In this document: one piece after another, positions 44,645-54,959 of the stretch
How the letters are laid out: every line of letters starts with the position of its first letter
Numbering within the stretch: position 1 is the stretch's first letter
From: Dehalococcoidia bacterium
Lineage (GTDB): Bacteria; Chloroflexota; Dehalococcoidia; Lucifugimonadales; UBA3495
Direction of reading: 5' to 3'
Length of the DNA: 64,000 nucleotides
Assembly (NCBI GenBank): GCA_965213725.1
Contig: OZ243924.1
Span: 303,544 to 367,543, forward strand
The notes under the pieces: generated by a model
Told to the model about the DNA's origin: nothing
What the model saw: the letters and a program-made list of their open reading frames with translations, nothing else
Database searches by the model: none
Translations under genes and position numbers: made by a program

Positions 44645-45655
44645 TTACCCGGCGGGCAGTTGGCCCGTCGCGCCGTCGGAAGCAACCTGGGACGAGCCAT
44701 CACTTTGGAAGCGGGATCCGGTGACTTGCAGGAATACGTCGTCAAGGGTCGGGGTTCGCAGTGTGAGCTCCTGCACCGTCAGCCCGGATTCGTTCAGCCG
44801 CAGGGCCACTACGCTGATTACAGACGCGCCGTTTTCCACGCTGACGGCTATTTCGCTGCCATGGGCCTCCAGGGACATGACCGCCGGTATCCCGGCCAAT
44901 GCCTCCACGGCAACGCTGGCGTCACCCTCCAAGCGGGCCACGATAAGGTCGGAACCACGGGCCCGCTTCAATTCGTTGGGCGATCCTTCAGCGGCCAGTC
45001 TTCCTTGGTCAATGATTCCGACGCGCTCGGCCAGGGCGTCGGCTTCCTCCAGATATTGAGTGGTCAGGAATATGGTCACGCCCAAGTTGGCGTTTATGCT
45101 ACGCACCTCTTCCCAAATGCGCGCGCGGCTGATGGGGTCGAGGCCGGTGGTCGGCTCGTCCAGAAACAGCACGTCGGGAGAGTGGATCAGCGCGGCGGCC
45201 AAGTCGAGGCGGCGTTTCATTCCGCCGGAATAGGTGCCGATCAATCTATCCATAGCCTCGCCGATGTCCACCAGGCCGGAGAGTTCTTCAATGCGGCGGG
45301 CGGATTCCCGTCGGCCCAGTCCGTACAGTTGCCCTTGGAGCCGCAGCAGTTCCCGCCCGGTCTGCTTGTTGTCCAGCGCGGCCTCCTGGAGGGCCACGCC
45401 GATGCGGCTGCGAACCTGATCGGCCTCGCGCATAACGTCGTATCCCGCCACCCTGATGCGCCCGCCGGTGGGGGCCAGCAGGGTTACCAGCATTCGGATG
45501 ACGGTGGTTTTCCCAGCGCCGTTGGGGCCCAGGAACCCGTAAATTTCGCCTTGCCGCACGGTCAGGTCAACGCCGTCCACGGCTCGCACCGCTCCGAACC
45601 GGCGCACCAGCCCCTCGGTTTCGATGGCGTTGGAATCGTAAGCAACAGCGTTCAT
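44645..45655 (-). CDS. ABC transporter ATP-binding protein (DrrA/ABC-2 exporter type)
   Basis: 336 aa. Walker A is GPNGAGKTT, the signature is [12 protein letters not shown] and Walker B is [14 protein letters not shown]-terminal accessory domain is present. Confidence 0.9.
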   Translation of the reverse strand: MNAVAYDSNAIETEGLVRRFGAVRAVDGVDLTVRQGEIYGFLGPNGAGKTTVIRMLVTLLAPTGGRIRVAGYDVMREADQVRSRIGVALQEAALDNKQTGRELLRLQGQLYGLGRRESARRIEELSGLVDIGEAMDRLIGTYSGGMKRRLDLAAALIHSPDVLFLDEPTTGLDPISRARIWEEVRSINANLGVTIFLTTQYLEEADALAERVGIIDQGRLAAEGSPNELKRARGSDLIVARLEGDASVAVEALAGIPAVMSLEAHGSEIAVSVENGASVISVVALRLNESGLTVQELTLRTPTLDDVFLQVTGSRFQSDGSSQVASDGATGQLPAG

Positions 45656-45809
45656 TGAAGCATCCTGACCTGGAAAATACTGCTCAAAATGCCTTTGGCA
45701 GTACGGATTTCGTACTATTCAATAAATGATAGCATAGCCCCAACAGTAAATTCGCCCGGCGAAAGTCAGGAATTTGCCAGTTGCGGGCGGGCAGTCAAGG
45801 CGGGCGGAG

Positions 45810-46625
45810 ATGAGACGAAGGCTTTACGAAATTCTGGAGACCGGGCAAAGGGGCGACTGGGTGAGCCAGGTCGTGGATACGGCGTTGATGCTGCTGATTA
45901 TCGGCAACGTGGCGGCCCTGGTTATCAGCACCGATGAGCGAGTCCACGCCGCCGCGCCCGGTTTCTTCACTTATTTCGAGGGAGTGTCCTTCAGCATATT
46001 CGCCGTTGAGTATCTGTTGCGGCTCTGGGCTTGCACTGCCGAACCCCGGTTTGCCCATCCGGTCGCTGGGCGGCTGCGCTATATGCTCCGGCCGCTGATG
46101 GTGGCCGATGCGGTAGCGGTACTGTCGTATTTCATCATTCTGCTGCTGCCGGCCGCGGGGCTGGATTTGGGGGCCTTCCGGGCGCTGCGTCTGGTGAGCC
46201 GAATGGCGCGGCTGGCCCGTTACTCACCGGGGCTGCAAGCCTTGGCTTTAGCCATTTCGGGGCGAAAAAACGAACTGCTGGCGGTGGTGTCCGTGCTGGG
46301 CGCTCTGCTGGTGCTGGCTTCGTCGCTGATGTATTTCGCCGAAGAGGCAGCGCAGCCGGACAAGTTTTCCAGCATTCCCGCGGCGATGTGGTGGAGCATC
46401 ATTACGGTCACCACCGTCGGCTATGGCGACGTTGCGCCCATCACGCCTCTAGGCCGTCTGCTGGCCGGTATAATCGCGCTGCTGGGCATCGGGATTTTCG
46501 CCCTGCCGGCCGGTATTCTAGGCTCCGGCTTTATGGAGCAAGTCAACCAGCGGCGCCATCTCCCCGCCATCAGAACGTGCCCGCACTGCGGGCGGGAAAT
46601 TGAGGGCGACTCGCCGCCAGGTTAG
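45810..46625 (+). CDS. potassium channel (ion-transport family, TVGYGD selectivity filter)
   Basis: Start at ATG 45810 (MRRRLYEILE...). There are several TM helices, including an Arg-spaced segment FRALRLVSRMARLARY (S4-like). The pore is WWSIITVTTVGYGDVAP, and the C-terminal tail contains CPHCGREIEG. Confidence 0.85.
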   Translation: MRRRLYEILETGQRGDWVSQVVDTALMLLIIGNVAALVISTDERVHAAAPGFFTYFEGVSFSIFAVEYLLRLWACTAEPRFAHPVAGRLRYMLRPLMVADAVAVLSYFIILLLPAAGLDLGAFRALRLVSRMARLARYSPGLQALALAISGRKNELLAVVSVLGALLVLASSLMYFAEEAAQPDKFSSIPAAMWWSIITVTTVGYGDVAPITPLGRLLAGIIALLGIGIFALPAGILGSGFMEQVNQRRHLPAIRTCPHCGREIEGDSPPG

Positions 46626-46694
46626 TGGCATTCACGCGAGAGAGAGGGATAGAATCGGGACGCTTTCTGAAATGGACGCGACAGGAGCGCGCCT

Positions 46695-47915
46695 TTGGAA
46701 CGTTGGATTGCTGTGCTGGGGCTGGCGGTCATCATTGGGCTGGCTTGGCTGATTGGCGACCGCAACCGGAGAATCAACTTTCGGATTGTGGCGGGCGGGC
46801 TGCTGCTTCAGTTTGCTCTGGCGGCTTTCATCCTGAAAACATCGGTAGGCGTCGGCATATTTCAGGCCGTGGGCGATTTTTTCGCCGCCATTCTGTCCTT
46901 TACCGACGCTGGCACCGAGTTCGTTTTCGGAGGGGAGTTTTCCCACCATTTTGTCGCCTTCCGGGTGTTGCCGACCATAATTTTCACGTCTTCGCTTACC
47001 GCGATTCTCTATCACGTGGGTATCATACCTCGGATTGTCGGCGCTTTTGCTTGGGTTATGCGGCGCACTCTGGCAACGTCCGGCTCCGAAACTCTGGCGG
47101 CCTCGGCCAACGTGTTTATGGGACAGACGGAAGCGCCGTTGGTGGTGCGGCCCTACGTGAGCAGCATGACCCGTTCCGAACTGATGGCGCTGATGACCGG
47201 CGGGTTCGCCACCATCGCGGGCAGCGTCTTCGCGGCTTACGTTGCCATGGGCATAGACGCCGGACATCTGGTATCGGCGTCGGTAATATCGGCCCCGGCG
47301 GCATTGGCGATTGCCAAGCTGATGGTCCCCGAAACGGAACTTTCGGTTACCATGGGCCGGGTGGAAATGCCGGTGGAGAAAGTCCACGGCAACGTGATCG
47401 ACGCGGCGGCCGAGGGGGCTCTGGACGGGCTGCGGCTGATGCTGAATGTGGCGGCGCTGCTCATCGCCGTCTTGGCGCTGGTGGCGATGGTGGACGCGGC
47501 GCTGGGCCTGGTCGGCGGCTGGTTCGGGCAATCGCGGGAATGGTCGCTGTCGGCGGCCTTCGGCTACGTTTTCGCCCCCTTTGCTTGGCTGATGGGCATA
47601 CCGTGGAGCGAATCCCTGCGGGCCGGGGAGCTGCTGGGCATGAAAGTGGCCCTCAATGAATTCATCGCCTACGCCACGCTCTCCGAGTGGTCTCAGCCGG
47701 ATTCCGGCATAATGTTGAGCGAGCGAACCAAGACGATTCTGACCTACGCCTTATGCGGATTCGCCAATTTCAGCAGCATCGGCATACAGATAGGCGGCAT
47801 CGGCGGCATCGCCCCGGAACGGCGGCTGGATCTGGCGAAGCTGGGTTTTCCGGCGATGCTGGGCGGCACTTTCGCAATGATGATGACCGCCTGCGTAGCC
47901 AGCCTGCTGGTCTGA
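46695..47915 (+). CDS. nupC: NupC/CNT-family nucleoside transporter
   Basis: 406 aa. The start is TTG, with AGGAG 7 nt upstream. RWIAVLGLAVIIGLAWLIGDRNRRINFRIVAGGLLLQFALAAFILKT and the C-terminal LCGFANFSSIGIQIGG are typical CNT blocks. Confidence 0.85.
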   Translation: MERWIAVLGLAVIIGLAWLIGDRNRRINFRIVAGGLLLQFALAAFILKTSVGVGIFQAVGDFFAAILSFTDAGTEFVFGGEFSHHFVAFRVLPTIIFTSSLTAILYHVGIIPRIVGAFAWVMRRTLATSGSETLAASANVFMGQTEAPLVVRPYVSSMTRSELMALMTGGFATIAGSVFAAYVAMGIDAGHLVSASVISAPAALAIAKLMVPETELSVTMGRVEMPVEKVHGNVIDAAAEGALDGLRLMLNVAALLIAVLALVAMVDAALGLVGGWFGQSREWSLSAAFGYVFAPFAWLMGIPWSESLRAGELLGMKVALNEFIAYATLSEWSQPDSGIMLSERTKTILTYALCGFANFSSIGIQIGGIGGIAPERRLDLAKLGFPAMLGGTFAMMMTACVASLLV

Positions 47916-47956
47916 TTAAGGCGCGGGTAGCTTTTAATGAAGCCTGTTTATCATTA

Positions 47957-47981
47957 GACTGGCTCAGGAGACTGGCTCAGG
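47957..47981. repeat. tandem 13-bp direct repeat
   Basis: gactggctcagg-a (47957-47969) is followed by gactggctcagg (47970-47981). It lies in the spacer upstream of the first FtsX-type permease gene. Confidence 0.85.
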
Positions 47982-48051
47982 GCGAACGGGTTTCGTTCCC
48001 CCTTTCCGAAACCGCCGGGCCGCAGCGTGAGCAGGCCGTTATAATCTGGGC

Positions 48052-51000
48052 ATGATACAGCTATTCCGGCTTTCCTTGTGGGTGATGCGGCGGCGGTTGC
48101 GCGGCTCTTGGGGGCTGTCATCCGTGACCGCCCTGGGCATCCTGACCGCCGTGGTGCTGCTGAGCGCCGCCGCCCTCTACTCGATAGTTCTGGCGGAGGC
48201 CGGGGTGCGTCACGCCATGTTCAGCGCGCCGTCAGGTTCACTGCACGTACAGGTCTTGACCCACAACCGTCCCCTGGGCCCGGAAGATTACGGCGAACTC
48301 CGCGACATTGCCGAGAAGACGGCGCAGCGGAGAATCGGCTTTATGACGGTGGGCCAAGAGCGTTTCGGCCGCACCCAGGTTGGGATGGCCGTCTCCACCA
48401 ACCCCGAACCCCGCATCCCCCCCTTGGCCGCCCCTTCGGGCAGGCCCTTCTTTATGACCGGATTCACGGAGCATTCCCGGATCCTTGAAGGAAGCTGGCC
48501 CCGCACCGGCGGCACCAGCGCGGGAGGCGGAGCTGCCGGGCCTAGCGGGGTTCAGCTGGAGGCCGTCGTGGGGCGGCGCGTCGCCAGGGATATGGGCTAC
48601 AAGGTAGGCACAAAGCTCTTCATCACGCCCTTCAGAACCTCGCCGGAAGAGCGCATCATCCTCAACATTGTAGGAATCGCCGACCCTATTGACCCCAGGG
48701 GAGAGTACTGGATGGGAGCGCCCAACCAGTTCAGCGTCCAGACCGTCGGGGAGATGCTGGTCGTGCCGGCCTACGTCACCGAGGACGACTTTCTGCAAGT
48801 CATGGGACGCCGTTTTCCCACGGCGGTGGGGGATTTCGGTTTCAACCTTTTTGTTGACCCTGCGGTAATCACTGCCGGGACGGTGGACGCCACTCAGGAA
48901 GCCTTGGCCGGTTTGGAAACCGACCTCAACAAAACCTACCCGCGAACTTTCGTTTTCAGCAGGCTGACCCTGACTCTGGAAGAGTTCGAGAAAGACTTGA
49001 CGCTGGCCCGGGTGCCGGTCTATGTGTTCATTTCCTTGGTCTTTGTCATAGTCCTGTATTTTCTGGCGTTGATTACCGGAATACTGGGCCGCACCCAAGC
49101 CGACGAACTTGGCCTGATGCGCAGCCGGGGCGCCAGCGTCATCCAGGTATGCGGAGCATTGCTCTTGGTCGAGGGCTTTATTGCGCTGGCGGCGGTAGCC
49201 ATTGGCCCGCTGCTGGCATGGCTGATTGTCCGGTTCCTTCTTCTGCCCACCTTCGGCGAACTGGATGGCGGGCCCATCCAAGTAGTTCTGTCTGGCGACA
49301 TATACTGGATTGGGGCAATCGGCGCAGTCCTGTCTGTATTCGTATTGACCATCTCGGTAGCCGGGCGGGCGCGGACAGGGATGGCCGATGCGCAAGCCGG
49401 CCGCTCTCGTCCCCCCGCGGTCTCTTTCTTTCATCGCTACTACCTGGACCTGCTGGCCGTCTTGGTCGCCGGACTGGTCTGGTGGCAGTTCCAGCAGCGG
49501 GACGGCTTTGCGTCCCGCGCCTTGGCGTCGCGCGGCCTTGAAGTGGATCCGGCGCTGATTCTCGCCCCGGTGCTGGCGCTGCTGACGGCGGCGCTGCTCC
49601 TGATGCGGGTTCTGCCCTTGCTGGTTCGCTCGCTGGTATGGCTGTTCCCCCCTCTCGGCTCCAATGCCGTGGCCGGGCCGGGGTGGTCTTCCGTCACGCT
49701 GGCCCGCTTGGCCCGCGACCCGGTGTTGCCTTCCTCGCTGGCGGTACTGTTGATGTTGGCCGCGGCCCTGGGCGTGTTCGGCGCCACCTTTCAATCCAGT
49801 CTGTCGAGAAGTCAAAGCGACCAGACCCTCTACCGGATTGGCGGCGACGCCGTGGTTTCCGGCGCAGGGGTCACCCCGGCCCTCGCCGAACGCTTGACAT
49901 CCGTGCCGGGAGTGCAAGCGGCAACGCCCGTTCTGCGGGATTCGGTCAGTTTAGTCCAAGGGCACACAACCATACCCGCTTTGCTGATTGCCGCCGATCC
50001 TCAAGCAATGGCCCAGTCGGCCTGGTTTAGAGAGGACTTCGCCAGCGTCACGCTACCGGAGTTGGCTTCATACATCCGCCCGTCCCACGACGGTCACGGC
50101 CCGCGCTCCGGCACAAATAACGACGCGGTTGGCGTCCCCCTTCCGTCCGGCGCAGACGGAATTGGCGTATGGCTGGAAACAGGAGACCTGACTGAGCGGG
50201 AACTGCAATCCGACATCAACGTATGGGCGCGGCTGGCCGATGCCGATGGGCGATACCGAAACGTGTCTCTCGGCGGGTTCGGCGGCCCGGCGGACGACAC
50301 CGGTGCAGGATGGCGGTTTATGGAGGGCGAACTGCCCCGGCGGGCAGCGGCGGGCGATAGTCAGTTGTTTCTGACAGCGGTTTTTTTCAGCACCAGTTCC
50401 TTCGTAAGCGTGGATGCGGCCCGCATCAGCATAGACGGCTTCACCGCCTTCGGCCCGTCGCTCCCGCAGGAAGGGGTCGTGCTGGAAGAGTTCGATACCC
50501 TCGGCCATTGGAACCCCCTGGTCACCACCGGGATCATCCCGGACAACCTGGCAGCCGGCGCCCCTCGTCCCCGCCAGGACCAGGCCAACCCATCCCCGGA
50601 GCCTGCCGAGGGGGCGGCCAGCCTCACTTTTTCTTGGGAAGAGCCTTTCCAGGGAGAGCATCGGGGCATTCACATCCCGCCGGTCTCCCTTCCCCTTCCG
50701 GCCATCGGCGGCGCCGGACTGCGCCAAGGGCAAATCCTGCGCATAGGACACGGGCGGGCTTCCATCCCGGTAGAGGTGGCAGGAGTGAGCGATTTGTTCC
50801 CCACGGTGACCAGCTTCCGCCGCCCATTTCTGCTTATGGACATCAACGCCTACCTTGCCTACTTGCGTTTTCTCCCTCCGGGCAGCGCCCAGACTTCTCC
50901 ACAGGAAATTTGGCTCTCCCTGGACCCGGCATACGACCGCAAGAGCGTGACCGCCGAGGTTGCGGAGCAACTGCCCCCTCTCGTTTCTGTAACCGACCGG

Positions 51001-51483
51001 CAGGAGGCGGCAACCGCCGCTTCCACCAATCCTCTGGCCGGAGGAGGGTGGAATGGACTCACCGGCCTGAGCATGACCGGGATAGGGCTGGTTGTCTTGA
51101 CTGCCCTGCTGCTCCACAGCGGCGCCCCGTATCTTTACAACTACGGGCGGGCCGGGGGCGTGGATACTGCCGTCGCTAGGGCCCTCGGTATGTCCAAACC
51201 CCAGCTTTTCCTGTCACTGGGGGCCGAAAAGTGGCTGATGGGAGGCACGGCCATCATTATCGGGGCAGCAATCGGTTACTGGCCCGGATTGGCGCTCGTG
51301 AGGCTTCTCGACCCAACTTCACAAGGCGCCGGGCCGGTGCCGCCCCTGATTCCCGAGGTACACGGCGTGCTGCTGTTCTCGATCCTGATTGGCTTGACGG
51401 CTGCCCTGACTGCCTCGGCAGTCTTTGCAGCGTTCCTAGCCCACCGCGCCAGACCCGTAGACGTGCTGCGGGGAGGGAGCTAG
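48052..51483 (+). CDS. very large FtsX-family ABC permease, 1143 aa (two FtsX modules)
   Basis: An N-terminal TM helix is present. FtsX-type helical bundles lie around LMRSRGASVIQVCGALLLVEGFIALAAVAIGPLLAWLIV and ARALGMSKPQLFLSLGAEKWLMGGTAIIIGAAIGYWPGLALV. Long soluble segments lie between them. There is no SD, and TATAAT ends 6 nt before the ATG. Confidence 0.8.
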   Translation: MIQLFRLSLWVMRRRLRGSWGLSSVTALGILTAVVLLSAAALYSIVLAEAGVRHAMFSAPSGSLHVQVLTHNRPLGPEDYGELRDIAEKTAQRRIGFMTVGQERFGRTQVGMAVSTNPEPRIPPLAAPSGRPFFMTGFTEHSRILEGSWPRTGGTSAGGGAAGPSGVQLEAVVGRRVARDMGYKVGTKLFITPFRTSPEERIILNIVGIADPIDPRGEYWMGAPNQFSVQTVGEMLVVPAYVTEDDFLQVMGRRFPTAVGDFGFNLFVDPAVITAGTVDATQEALAGLETDLNKTYPRTFVFSRLTLTLEEFEKDLTLARVPVYVFISLVFVIVLYFLALITGILGRTQADELGLMRSRGASVIQVCGALLLVEGFIALAAVAIGPLLAWLIVRFLLLPTFGELDGGPIQVVLSGDIYWIGAIGAVLSVFVLTISVAGRARTGMADAQAGRSRPPAVSFFHRYYLDLLAVLVAGLVWWQFQQRDGFASRALASRGLEVDPALILAPVLALLTAALLLMRVLPLLVRSLVWLFPPLGSNAVAGPGWSSVTLARLARDPVLPSSLAVLLMLAAALGVFGATFQSSLSRSQSDQTLYRIGGDAVVSGAGVTPALAERLTSVPGVQAATPVLRDSVSLVQGHTTIPALLIAADPQAMAQSAWFREDFASVTLPELASYIRPSHDGHGPRSGTNNDAVGVPLPSGADGIGVWLETGDLTERELQSDINVWARLADADGRYRNVSLGGFGGPADDTGAGWRFMEGELPRRAAAGDSQLFLTAVFFSTSSFVSVDAARISIDGFTAFGPSLPQEGVVLEEFDTLGHWNPLVTTGIIPDNLAAGAPRPRQDQANPSPEPAEGAASLTFSWEEPFQGEHRGIHIPPVSLPLPAIGGAGLRQGQILRIGHGRASIPVEVAGVSDLFPTVTSFRRPFLLMDINAYLAYLRFLPPGSAQTSPQEIWLSLDPAYDRKSVTAEVAEQLPPLVSVTDRQEAATAASTNPLAGGGWNGLTGLSMTGIGLVVLTALLLHSGAPYLYNYGRAGGVDTAVARALGMSKPQLFLSLGAEKWLMGGTAIIIGAAIGYWPGLALVRLLDPTSQGAGPVPPLIPEVHGVLLFSILIGLTAALTASAVFAAFLAHRARPVDVLRGGS

Positions 51484-51487
51484 GGAA

Positions 51488-54400
51488 ATGGCTTCGCTCC
51501 TGAGATTCGCCTACGTGATGGCCGCCGGACGCTTTCACCCCTTCAAGAGCGGGAGCGGCTGGAGGCTGGAGGCGGTGCTGTTCGGCAGCATCCTCTTGGC
51601 CGTCGCCCTGATGTCCAGCGGTGTCATCTTCTCCAACCTGCTCGCCAACGCCGCGCTGCGCGGAGAGCTGGTGCAAGCGGCGCCGGAAGACGTTAACTTC
51701 CGGGTGCGCTCCTTCAGCAGCCGCGACGACCCCCAGGATGTCCAAGGCCGCCGCCAAGCGTTCAAGGAGCGGGAAGTCTTCGTGGAGCAACGGCTCATCG
51801 AGCCTTTTGTCCCATATCTCAAGGAGCATTCCCGCTATCTGGAAACCGCCACCTTTTTCTTTCAGGGGCGCCCCAACCTGGAATTGGACAAAGACACTAG
51901 GCCCAGGGGGTCTATCGCCTATCTCAGCAACATTTCCGGCCGGATTAGAGTGGTGGAGGGGCATTGGCCGGAAGGAGCCGCCATTCCGGGCCGCCCGCTG
52001 GACGTGGCAGTGGACCGGCTGGGAGCGGAACTGCTTCAACTGGGAGTAGGCGACGTTATGGAAGTCTTCCCGGCAACATCATTCTCCGAATGGCCCCCGT
52101 CCGAAGTGCGCATCGCCGCCATATTCGAGCGGGTGGACCCCTCGGATGAATTCTGGCACGGCCTCTCCTCTGCCGTCAGCAGGCAGGATGACCGATGGAC
52201 GCTGATACCTCTTTTCGCCGACGAGGACGCTCTGATTGAGAGAGTCCTGGGAACGTATCCTTCGCTGTACACCGATACGACCTGGCATTTCTTCCCTGAC
52301 CGGCGGAAGATGCGCGCCAGCGAAATCGAAGACGTGCAGGCAATACTCGCCAACATCCAGGGTTCGCTCTCCAGCGGACTCAAGAACTCCAGCTATTCGA
52401 TACGGCTGGACAATCTGCTTCGCAGCTTTGAAGAGCAGCTCCTGCTGGCTCGTTTGCCGTTGTATCTCGTGCTGTTCTTGGTGACTGGCATCCTGGTCTA
52501 CTACCTGGCTCTGGTGGCGGGTCTCATCGTCCGGTCCAGGTCAGGCGAAATCGCCATGCTCAAGAGCCGGGGAGCCATGGGCTGGCAGCTCGGCGTTCTC
52601 GGCTTTGGCGAAGGGCTGCTATTGGCCGTCCCTGCTGTGATTGCAGGCCCCTTCCTCGCGTTGGGAGTGGTCAAGCTGCTGGGCGTGATATTCTTTGAGC
52701 TGAGCGGATCCTCCGAGGCGTTGGCCGGAGTGCCGGCGGGCGTTTCCGCCGAAGCCTTCCTGCTGGGTCTGGCCGGGGGCGGGCTGGCGGTGGCGGTCTT
52801 TACCGTGGCTACCCTGGCTGCGGCCCGCCGCGGCAGCATCGAAGCGCGACAGGCCGGAGCGCGTCCTCCCACCGCCAGCCTGCTCCACCGCTACTACTTG
52901 GACTTGGTCCTGCTCGCCTTGATTGGACTGCTATGGTGGCAGCTCCAGAGCCGGGGCACGTTCCTTTTGCAGTCCCTGGGCAGCCGCGAGTTGACCATTG
53001 ACTACAGCCTGTTGCTGGGGCCGGCCCTGGGGCTGACCGCTGCCGGGCTGATTGTGCTGCGTCTGTTTCCCTGGGCCGCAGCGGTACTGGCCCGCGCCGC
53101 CGGGCCAGTGGGGCCCACCTGGCTGGTGCACGTTCTGCGGCATCTGGCCCGCGACCCCTTGACGCCTGCAATGCTTATTGTCTTGGTGATGCTCTCCACC
53201 GCCTTGGGCGTAGTGGGCAGCGCCTTCTCTTCCACCCTGGAGCGCGGCCAGCAGGAACGGGCCTTGTATGAAGCCGGCGCGGAGCTGCGCATCCAGCACG
53301 GCGGCTGGAATCAGGACGAGGAGCCGGCCCGCCATCTTAAGACCGTGGAGTCCCTAGAGGGACTGGGGGCGGCGGCCGAGGCATTCCGCTCCCCGGGCTA
53401 CCTCACGACCACCGGCTTCAGCACCTCCGGCACGCTCTTGGCCGTTGACGCCGACAGCATCGCCGACGTCGCGTGGTTCCGCAAAGACTTTGCCGACGGC
53501 CGCTCCCTCGATGACCTGTCGCTAACGCTGAGGCGCGGCATCTCAGGCACGCTTCCGCCGCTGGCGGAAGACGGGCTTCTCCTGCCGCCAGGCGCAACGG
53601 CCCTAGCGGTCTGGGCCAGACCGGGCGGTTCCGCCCGGGGCGTTGACCTCTGGGCTAGGTTCAGGGACTCGGAGGGGCGCGTCGCAGACGCCCGGTTGGG
53701 CGCCCTGCAAGACACGCAGTGGTCGCGCTTCGTCTTCGACCTGGCTACTCCGGTGTCGAACAATGAAGGCATAGCAGGAAGGAGGCAAAGCACCGCCTTG
53801 AAGCCTCCCTTGAATCTGATTTCTATCTCGGCCCGCAGCCGCCTCCATGAAGGCGCAGGAGGGGCGGTATTCCTCGGAAGGGTGGAGGCGGAAACTCCGG
53901 GCGGGATAAGAACAATACACGACTTCAGTGCCACGAATGGCTGGCATGTCATTGAGGACTTTCGCAAGCCCGGTCTGTATTCCCTGGATCTCAGTCAGTC
54001 CGCCGCTGGCGGGGAGTTCGACGTAACCAGCCGGTTCAGTTGGGCCTCCGGGGGCGTTGGCCTTAACGGCATCAGGGCCGGAGGAGCGGACGAACCGCTC
54101 CCGGCGCTGGTCAGCTCGCAGTTCCTGGAAGTCACGGACGCCGAAGTTGGCGATACCATCATCCTGGGTATGTCCACCTATGCCCTGCTGCTGGAAGTGG
54201 CCGCCGAGGTGGAATTTTTCCCGACACTGAATCCGGACGACCGGCCCTTTGCCGTGGTGGACCTATCCCGGTTTACCCAGGCGGCCATCCGGTACAGCCC
54301 GCGCCCGCCCCGGGGGGCCAATGAACTGTGGCTGGCCGGCCCTGACCCTCTCCCGGAAGGGCCGGGAATTGGCGCGGCCGATGCTGAAGCGGCGTCGGCG

Positions 54401-54913
54401 GAGTTGCGTGAGCAGGGCGTAAGCGTCAGGAAAGTCCTGCACGCCCCGACCATGGTGGCCTTGCGGGTTGAGCAGCCGCTGGTCAACGCCGGGTGGGGCG
54501 CTCTGCTCGTCCTGCTGTTCTTGGCGGTAGCCTTGGCCAGCGCCTCGGGCCTGCTGCTGTTCTCTCACCTGGACGCCCGGGAAAGGCAGACGGAGTTTGC
54601 CTTACTCCGCACTCTGGGAATTTCCCGGGGACAGATGCAGCGCATCCTCTGGCTCAACCTGTTCCTTATAGCCGCCTGCGGCGTGGGGTTGGGAACCCTG
54701 CTCGGCTGGCTCATCGGCGCCAGCGTACTCCCCCTCATGGAGGTCGTCGAGGAAGGCGCCCGCGCCACTCCTTCGCTGGCGCTGACTACCGACTGGCGCC
54801 GCTTGCTGGTATCCTACGTTGTCTTGGCCGCAGTAACCGGCCTTTGCGGCCTCTGGCTGACCTGGCTGACCGCAAAGCTGCAACTGCAACAGGTACTCCG
54901 CATGGGAGAATAA
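51488..54913 (+). CDS. very large FtsX-family ABC permease, 1141 aa (paralogue of the previous gene)
   Basis: FtsX modules lie around LKSRGAMGWQLGVLGFGEGLLLAVPAVIAGPFLALGVV and LRTLGISRGQMQRILWLNLFLIAACGVGLGTLLGWLIG. It shares HRYYLDL...WWQ blocks with the previous permease. SD GGAGGGAG lies upstream. Confidence 0.8.
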   Translation: MASLLRFAYVMAAGRFHPFKSGSGWRLEAVLFGSILLAVALMSSGVIFSNLLANAALRGELVQAAPEDVNFRVRSFSSRDDPQDVQGRRQAFKEREVFVEQRLIEPFVPYLKEHSRYLETATFFFQGRPNLELDKDTRPRGSIAYLSNISGRIRVVEGHWPEGAAIPGRPLDVAVDRLGAELLQLGVGDVMEVFPATSFSEWPPSEVRIAAIFERVDPSDEFWHGLSSAVSRQDDRWTLIPLFADEDALIERVLGTYPSLYTDTTWHFFPDRRKMRASEIEDVQAILANIQGSLSSGLKNSSYSIRLDNLLRSFEEQLLLARLPLYLVLFLVTGILVYYLALVAGLIVRSRSGEIAMLKSRGAMGWQLGVLGFGEGLLLAVPAVIAGPFLALGVVKLLGVIFFELSGSSEALAGVPAGVSAEAFLLGLAGGGLAVAVFTVATLAAARRGSIEARQAGARPPTASLLHRYYLDLVLLALIGLLWWQLQSRGTFLLQSLGSRELTIDYSLLLGPALGLTAAGLIVLRLFPWAAAVLARAAGPVGPTWLVHVLRHLARDPLTPAMLIVLVMLSTALGVVGSAFSSTLERGQQERALYEAGAELRIQHGGWNQDEEPARHLKTVESLEGLGAAAEAFRSPGYLTTTGFSTSGTLLAVDADSIADVAWFRKDFADGRSLDDLSLTLRRGISGTLPPLAEDGLLLPPGATALAVWARPGGSARGVDLWARFRDSEGRVADARLGALQDTQWSRFVFDLATPVSNNEGIAGRRQSTALKPPLNLISISARSRLHEGAGGAVFLGRVEAETPGGIRTIHDFSATNGWHVIEDFRKPGLYSLDLSQSAAGGEFDVTSRFSWASGGVGLNGIRAGGADEPLPALVSSQFLEVTDAEVGDTIILGMSTYALLLEVAAEVEFFPTLNPDDRPFAVVDLSRFTQAAIRYSPRPPRGANELWLAGPDPLPEGPGIGAADAEAASAELREQGVSVRKVLHAPTMVALRVEQPLVNAGWGALLVLLFLAVALASASGLLLFSHLDARERQTEFALLRTLGISRGQMQRILWLNLFLIAACGVGLGTLLGWLIGASVLPLMEVVEEGARATPSLALTTDWRRLLVSYVVLAAVTGLCGLWLTWLTAKLQLQQVLRMGE

Positions 54914-54959
54914 CGACTTCCCTCCCCCTTCGGGTGAGGATCAGGGTGAAAGCCGAAAC

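Noticed and set aside
48238-49917. A 559-aa minus-strand ORF inside the first FtsX permease gene. Similar cases are 54786..56147 and 44609..45658, which lie opposite ABC genes.
   Set aside because: They lie opposite genes with clear Walker/FtsX motifs. Their translations are Gly/Arg/Gln/Pro-rich without motifs.
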